Source of the DNA: an uncultured Flavobacteriaceae bacterium
GTDB taxonomy: Bacteria; Bacteroidota; Bacteroidia; Flavobacteriales; Flavobacteriaceae
DNA length: 64,000 nucleotides
Direction of reading: 5' to 3'
Assembly (NCBI GenBank): GCA_964008075.1
Contig: CAXGAP010000001.1
Span: 12,106-76,105 of the forward strand
Shown: positions 59,197 through 64,000 of the stretch, piece after piece
Position numbering within the stretch: position 1 is the stretch's first letter
Layout: each line of letters begins with the position of its first letter
Translations under genes and position numbers: made by a program
Notes under the pieces: model-generated
What the model was told of the DNA's origin: nothing
Database searches by the model: none
The model's input: only the letters and a program-made list of their open reading frames with translations

Positions 59197-60483
59197 ATAT
59201 TCTTTGAATTCACGATAGGAAGAAATAGGTGTTTTTTCAGGAACACGATCTAATATTTCTTCAATTTGTAAAGGGATGTTAACCTTAGTTTTGATCGCTT
59301 TTTCAACGACATCTAAAAACTTGACAGGATGTGCAGTTTCTAAAAAAACGCCATAATAATCTGCATTGTTCTCAAAGTATTTTTGCAATCCCAAGTATCC
59401 TATAGCTCCATGGGGATCTGCCACATAACTAAAACTTTCATATAATTCTTGCATTGCTTTATGTGTTTCCTTGTCAGAGAAATAGTAAGACGAGCAAACA
59501 TTTTTTAAGCGATATAAGTCTTGGTTAAAGAGCTTATTGATTCGATCAAAATTACTTGGATTTCCAACATCCATAGCATTTGAAATAGTTTGCACAGAGG
59601 GTTGCGGATCATATATCCCACTTTGCATATACCTTGGAAATGTATTGTTTTGATTTGTACTGGCGATAAAATGCGAAATGGGAAGCCCTAATTCTTTGGC
59701 AATAAACCCAGCACATATATTCCCAAAATTTCCACTTGGAACAGAAAAAACAATTGGGTTTTTCACCTTTCGCTTCATCAATTCTTGTACTGCAAAGAAG
59801 TAGTAAAACGATTGGGGTAGCCATCGTGCAACATTGATTGAGTTGGCAGAAGTCAAATTTCGATGGGGTTTTAATGTCTCGTCGAGAAAGGCAGTTTTAA
59901 CCATATCTTGACAATCATCAAAAACACCATCAACTTCTAATGCAGTGATATTCTGACTCTGAGTTGTGAGCTGAAGCTCCTGTATATGACTGACCTTTCC
60001 CTTTGGGTATAAAATCACCACTTCAACTCCTGGAACACCCAAAAAACCACTTGCAACAGCACCTCCTGTGTCACCTGAAGTCGCAACGAGTACAGTAACT
60101 TTTTCATCAGAATTTTGATTGAAATAGCCTAGGCAACGCGCCATAAAACGACCACCAACGTCTTTGAAAGCCATTGTTGGTCCATGAAAGAGTTCAAGCG
60201 TGGCAAGGTTTTGACTGAGCTCAACAACTGGAAAGTCAAAACACAAAGTGTCCTCAATAATTTTTTGTAATTCATCTTTAGGAATCTCACCACCAACAAA
60301 CTGCTCAATGACATGTAAGGTAATTTCATGATGATTCATTTGCAGGAAATTGTCCCAAAACGAGTCACTTAGTGCGTTGATTTGTTGAGGAAAATAAAGA
60401 CCTCGATCTGGTGCAAGTCCAGACCGTACTGCCTTTTCAAAACCAACTGCCTTAGCATTGTTATTCAAACTAAAATATTGCAT
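59176..60483 (-). CDS. thrC: threonine synthase
   Basis: 435-aa ORF with PLP-Lys motif PTMAFKDVG. Confidence 0.92.
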   Translation of the reverse strand: MQYFSLNNNAKAVGFEKAVRSGLAPDRGLYFPQQINALSDSFWDNFLQMNHHEITLHVIEQFVGGEIPKDELQKIIEDTLCFDFPVVELSQNLATLELFHGPTMAFKDVGGRFMARCLGYFNQNSDEKVTVLVATSGDTGGAVASGFLGVPGVEVVILYPKGKVSHIQELQLTTQSQNITALEVDGVFDDCQDMVKTAFLDETLKPHRNLTSANSINVARWLPQSFYYFFAVQELMKRKVKNPIVFSVPSGNFGNICAGFIAKELGLPISHFIASTNQNNTFPRYMQSGIYDPQPSVQTISNAMDVGNPSNFDRINKLFNQDLYRLKNVCSSYYFSDKETHKAMQELYESFSYVADPHGAIGYLGLQKYFENNADYYGVFLETAHPVKFLDVVEKAIKTKVNIPLQIEEILDRVPEKTPISSYREFKEYLIDNAF

Positions 60484-60488
60484 TTTAA

Positions 60489-61409
60489 TTACAGAATTTT
60501 TACACCTTTATTGTTGATAGAACTGATGTAGGTGTTGTAGGGTACTTCAATTTTGTCATAAACTTTCTTCATGGCCAATCCCACATTTTTTGCTGTAGTC
60601 ATGCCTTTTGAGAGTGCAAAGACAGAAGGGCCAGAACCTGAGATTCCAGTTCCCAGTGCACCTGCTTCATTCGCTGCCTTTTTGAGTTCACCAAATCCAG
60701 GGATGAGTATAGAACGTACAGGTTCGACAATATGGTCGACTAGTGATCGACGGATCAACTCATAATCCTCCTTAAATAATCCAGTGACCAATGCCCCCAA
60801 GTTTGCTGTTTGTGCGATTGCTTGTTCGAGATGTAGTTTGTCGAGTAAAACAGCACGAGCATCAGCAGTTTTGATTTCAATTTCTGGATGGATGATCGTG
60901 ACAGCCAATTCCAGTGGCGAATTGAGGGTAATAACGTCTAGTGGTTTGAGGCTCCGAACAAGGGTAAAGCCACCCAACAGAACAGGGGATACATTATCAG
61001 CATGAGCAGTGCCACAGGCAACACGTTCGCCTTCCATTGCAAAAGAAATCAGCTCGTTTCTAGTGTATGGGTTTCCCAATAAATGATTAATGCCAACTGC
61101 AGCGCCTGCTGCACTTGCCGAAGAGCTTCCTATGCCACTCCCTGCTTTAATTCCTTTTTCGATTTTGATTTCAAAACCTCTATCGCATTTGTGATCTGCC
61201 AATAGAGCCATTCCAGCTACGCTTGCTACATTTTTGTTTGGGTTTAGGGGTAAATCCTGACCAATGATTTCTGTGATCTTAATTCCAGGTTTAGATGTTT
61301 CTTGAATATGAAGGATGTCTCCAATATTGTCTAGGCAAACGCCCAAAACATCAAAACCACATGATATATTGGCTACACTAGCAGGGGAAAATACAGAAAC
61401 ATGACTCAT
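60489..61409 (-). CDS. thrB: homoserine kinase
   Basis: 306-aa ORF with GHMP kinase motif [12 protein letters not shown]. Confidence 0.92.
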   Translation of the reverse strand: MSHVSVFSPASVANISCGFDVLGVCLDNIGDILHIQETSKPGIKITEIIGQDLPLNPNKNVASVAGMALLADHKCDRGFEIKIEKGIKAGSGIGSSSASAAGAAVGINHLLGNPYTRNELISFAMEGERVACGTAHADNVSPVLLGGFTLVRSLKPLDVITLNSPLELAVTIIHPEIEIKTADARAVLLDKLHLEQAIAQTANLGALVTGLFKEDYELIRRSLVDHIVEPVRSILIPGFGELKKAANEAGALGTGISGSGPSVFALSKGMTTAKNVGLAMKKVYDKIEVPYNTYISSINNKGVKIL

Positions 61410-61411
61410 AT

Positions 61412-63853
61412 TTAGCGTTTTGATATCCTTATAATATCAGCGAATATTCCTGAAGCAGTGACCTCTCCACCAGCACCAGCACCCTTGACAATAAGAGGTT
61501 GGTAATTATAGCGATCTGTGTAGAACAATACGATATTATCACTACCTGATAAATTGTAGAAATCGTGTCCAATCGGAATTTCTTTTAACCCAACCCTAGC
61601 TTTACCATCAACAAGCTCAGCAACATATTTCAAGCGACAATTTTTTGATGCAGCCAAAGTGAATAGACTTTTAAAGTGATCGTTGTGATCATCCAAAGAC
61701 GACAAAAAGCTATCATTGTCTTTTGTGTCCAAACAATCTTGTGGTAAAAATGACTCATTTTCAATATCTTGAAGTTCCATCTGTAAGCCACTTTCTCTCG
61801 CGAGGATCAAAATTTTTCGAGCAACATCCACACCACTCAAATCAATTTTTGGATCAGGTTCAGTAAAGCCAGCATCCATTGCCTGTTGTACAACTTCTCT
61901 GAAAGTGGTTTTTTCATTATACTCGTTGAACACAAAGTTCAAACTACCCGACAGTATCGCCTGTATGGTATGTACTTTATCACCTGAAGTAATTAGATGA
62001 TTTAAGGTGTCGATAATCGGAAGGCCAGCACCAACATTTGTTTCAAATAAATATGGCGCATTGTAAGTTCTCGCCAGTTGTTTTAGATGGCTGTAGTATT
62101 CATAGGTTTCAGCTGCAGCAATTTTATTACATGTAACGACTGAAATACTCGATTTTAAAAAAGGTGGATAAGTATGCGCAATTTCTTCATTGGCAGTGTT
62201 ATCTACAAAAATCGAGTTGCGAAGGTTTAGATTTTTGATATGTTCAAAAAATGTACTTGGATCAGCTTTTTCGCCTTTCGAAAGGAGTTCATCCCAATGG
62301 TTTAGGTCTATGCCATTTGCATCGATCAGCATTTTTCTGGAGTTTGATATACCAGCTACTTTGATATTTAGTCTCAATTGGTTTTGGAGGTATTCTTTTT
62401 GACTGTTAAGCTGCTCGATGAGCTTACTTCCAACATTACCAACGCCAGTGACAAACAAGTTGATTTGTTTGATATCCGTTTCGAAAAACGCCTCGTGTAA
62501 AATATTCAACGCCTGTTTTGTGTTGGTAGAGTCTATCACGGCAGTAATATTCCTCTCTGACGCTCCTTGTGCAATGGCCTTTACATTGACATTGTTTCGC
62601 CCAAGAGCACTAAACATTTTTCCACTGACTCCTTGATGACTCTTCATTTTTTCGCCTACAAGAGCAATGATAGAGAGGTTGTTTTCAATAGAAATTGGAT
62701 TGATTTGTTGTGTTTCAATTTCATAGTCAAAATCCTTTTCTATCAATTTTTTGGCTTTTCCAGCTAGTTTATTTTCAATGCCAATGCAGATCGAATGCTC
62801 TGACGAGGCCTGTGTCATCATAATGACATTGATTTTTTCCTTTGCCAGTGTTGATAGCAGCTTTTTGGAGTATCCAGGGATGCCAATCATCCCACTTCCT
62901 TCAAGTGTTAGTAAAGCAATATTTTCGATATGGCTGATCCCACGAACCACCTCTTTGTTGGAAGCACTCTCATTGCTAATGAATGTTCCTGGCTCATCGG
63001 GCTGGAAAGTATTTTTAACTACGACTGGGATATTTTTTTCAGCAACAGGCTGAAGGGTTGGTGGATATATCACTTTTGCTCCAAAATGTGACATTTCCAT
63101 GGCTTCATGATAGGAGAGTTGTTTGATTGCACGAGCTTGTTTTACATATTTTGGATGTGCTGTAAACATCCCACTTACGTCTGTCCAAATTTCAAGTTGG
63201 TCAGCGTCTAACGCACTTGCAAACAGAGCAGCAGTCAAATCTGATCCACCACGGCCGAGTGTGGTAGGAATGCCATTTAAATCGCTAGCAACATACCCAG
63301 GAACAATGGTGATGCGATGTTTTACTGTTTTAAAATACGAACGAATCGATTTGAATGTTTTGGGGTAATCGACCATATTTTTACCCATGTCTTCAATTGT
63401 AAAAATAAGGTCTCTAGTGTTTTTTAAACCAACATCCAATTTTAGAACTTCTGCAGCTTTTGCGATGATGTAATAGGAGAGAAGCTCCCCAAATCCCAAC
63501 ATATGATCTTTTGTTTTAGGAGAAAGTTCTTTTAGCAAATACACGCCCTCATGAAGAGTTCCCAAAGCATTGAGTTGTTGTTTGATTTGACTCAGCACCT
63601 TACTTTGTTTCTCGATTGGAATTAGTTTCTTTATGCAACTTAAATGTCGTTTTTCTACCTCCAATAAAATTTCTTGGTATTTTAAATCCCCATTAGCTGC
63701 CAAGGCTGCCGACTCTTGAATCATATTGGTTATACCTCCAAAAGCAGAAACGACAACAACTTGTTTTTTTGAATTGATTTGAACGATTTTGAGTACCCGA
63801 TTGATACAGCTGCTATCAGCAACTGAAGTTCCACCAAATTTTGCTATTATCAT
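61412..63853 (-). CDS. thrA: bifunctional aspartate kinase / homoserine dehydrogenase I
   Basis: 813-aa ORF with [10 protein letters not shown] region and a C-terminal homoserine dehydrogenase domain (VTGVGNVGS). Confidence 0.93.
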   Translation of the reverse strand: MIIAKFGGTSVADSSCINRVLKIVQINSKKQVVVVSAFGGITNMIQESAALAANGDLKYQEILLEVEKRHLSCIKKLIPIEKQSKVLSQIKQQLNALGTLHEGVYLLKELSPKTKDHMLGFGELLSYYIIAKAAEVLKLDVGLKNTRDLIFTIEDMGKNMVDYPKTFKSIRSYFKTVKHRITIVPGYVASDLNGIPTTLGRGGSDLTAALFASALDADQLEIWTDVSGMFTAHPKYVKQARAIKQLSYHEAMEMSHFGAKVIYPPTLQPVAEKNIPVVVKNTFQPDEPGTFISNESASNKEVVRGISHIENIALLTLEGSGMIGIPGYSKKLLSTLAKEKINVIMMTQASSEHSICIGIENKLAGKAKKLIEKDFDYEIETQQINPISIENNLSIIALVGEKMKSHQGVSGKMFSALGRNNVNVKAIAQGASERNITAVIDSTNTKQALNILHEAFFETDIKQINLFVTGVGNVGSKLIEQLNSQKEYLQNQLRLNIKVAGISNSRKMLIDANGIDLNHWDELLSKGEKADPSTFFEHIKNLNLRNSIFVDNTANEEIAHTYPPFLKSSISVVTCNKIAAAETYEYYSHLKQLARTYNAPYLFETNVGAGLPIIDTLNHLITSGDKVHTIQAILSGSLNFVFNEYNEKTTFREVVQQAMDAGFTEPDPKIDLSGVDVARKILILARESGLQMELQDIENESFLPQDCLDTKDNDSFLSSLDDHNDHFKSLFTLAASKNCRLKYVAELVDGKARVGLKEIPIGHDFYNLSGSDNIVLFYTDRYNYQPLIVKGAGAGGEVTASGIFADIIRISKR

Positions 63854-63904
63854 AATTTAAACAATGTATAAGAAAAGTAAAGAACACATTTGCTTAGCAA
63901 AGCG

Positions 63905-63912
63905 CAAAAATA
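63905..63912 (-). promoter_or_regulatory. -7 promoter box (TATTTTTG) upstream of thrABC
   Basis: Exact TAnnTTTG on the minus strand, 51 nt upstream of the thrA ATG. No exact -33 element. Confidence 0.3.
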
Positions 63913-64000
63913 TCAAATTTTAAAGTCGAAATGCTATGATTTTGAAAAAAATAATAACAGAGAAAAGAATTAGATTTAGGGTTTCGCAGTGTTCTTTTCA

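Noticed and set aside
63854-64000. A possible thr-operon leader. It has a 10-codon uORF (MCSLLFLYIV, 63857-63889 minus strand) ending 3 nt before the thrA ATG, plus a 9-nt long-range complement (AAAGAACAC near 63988-63996 versus GTGTTCTTT at 63878-63886).
   Set aside because: The uORF contains no Thr and only one Ile codon, so it does not resemble a Thr/Ile attenuator peptide. The complementary segments are about 100 nt apart, with no terminator-like U-tract. The window ends here, so the region is incomplete.
1-64000. Search for defence systems, prophage, IS elements, CRISPR arrays and toxin-antitoxin pairs.
   Set aside because: No ORF shows transposase, integrase, recombinase, restriction-modification, Cas, Abi, nuclease-NTPase or phage structural motifs. 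The only SF1 helicase (52833-54248) is a stand-alone RecD-like gene flanked by housekeeping genes. The only repeats are the tRNA-Lys duplication and in-frame coding repeats.

Overview
This is an AT-rich, very gene-dense chromosomal segment, roughly 96 % coding by my tally of the gaps (G+C not computed). It reads as core genome of a Flavobacteriia/Bacteroidota bacterium, probably a marine, pigmented one. Supporting signs are a TonB-dependent receptor + DUF4249 pair, a GldI-like lipoprotein, a split transketolase, an LptF/G permease, TTG-N19-TAnnTTTG promoters and almost no Shine-Dalgarno sequences. I call 67 protein genes, 3 tRNAs (Leu-GAG and two Lys-UUU), one clear bidirectional intrinsic terminator and several Bacteroidota-type promoter candidates. 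All family assignments come from motifs read by eye. No database search was possible, and the DUF numbers are from memory. I see no transposase, integrase, phage gene, CRISPR array, toxin-antitoxin pair or recognisable defence system, so most of the window is ordinary housekeeping: murA, recF, ndk, ribH, aroK, tkt, tgt, accA, dnaB, thrS-infC-rpmI-rplT, icd, rplS, rlmD, mutL, rsmD, kdsB/kdsC, gcvT and thrABC. The part that deserves a second look is a light-related neighbourhood at the left end. It contains a 7-gene, single-strand, almost gap-free operon (8509->1359) with four different cryptochrome/photolyase-family paralogues: class I CPD, DASH, Fe-S (6-4)-type, and one divergent paralogue that has lost the canonical WQW/MHNR motifs. 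The same operon carries a DUF2805/TIGR03643 small basic protein, an SDR lacking its catalytic Tyr, and an SRPBCC protein. About 6 kb away lies a CarH-like MerR/B12 photoreceptor gene (Wx9EH and ExHxxG motifs present) directly upstream of a crtB-crtZ pair without crtI. Smaller oddities are a MurA with Asp at the fosfomycin-target Cys position, a possible ATA start for infC, a BASS-TonB receptor-DUF4249-MurQ gene string, a cyclophilin-FKBP dual immunophilin next to a GldI-like FKBP lipoprotein, and convergent genes that share or overlap stop codons and leave no room for terminators. I found no convincing new defence or mobile system here and do not want to overstate what is present.
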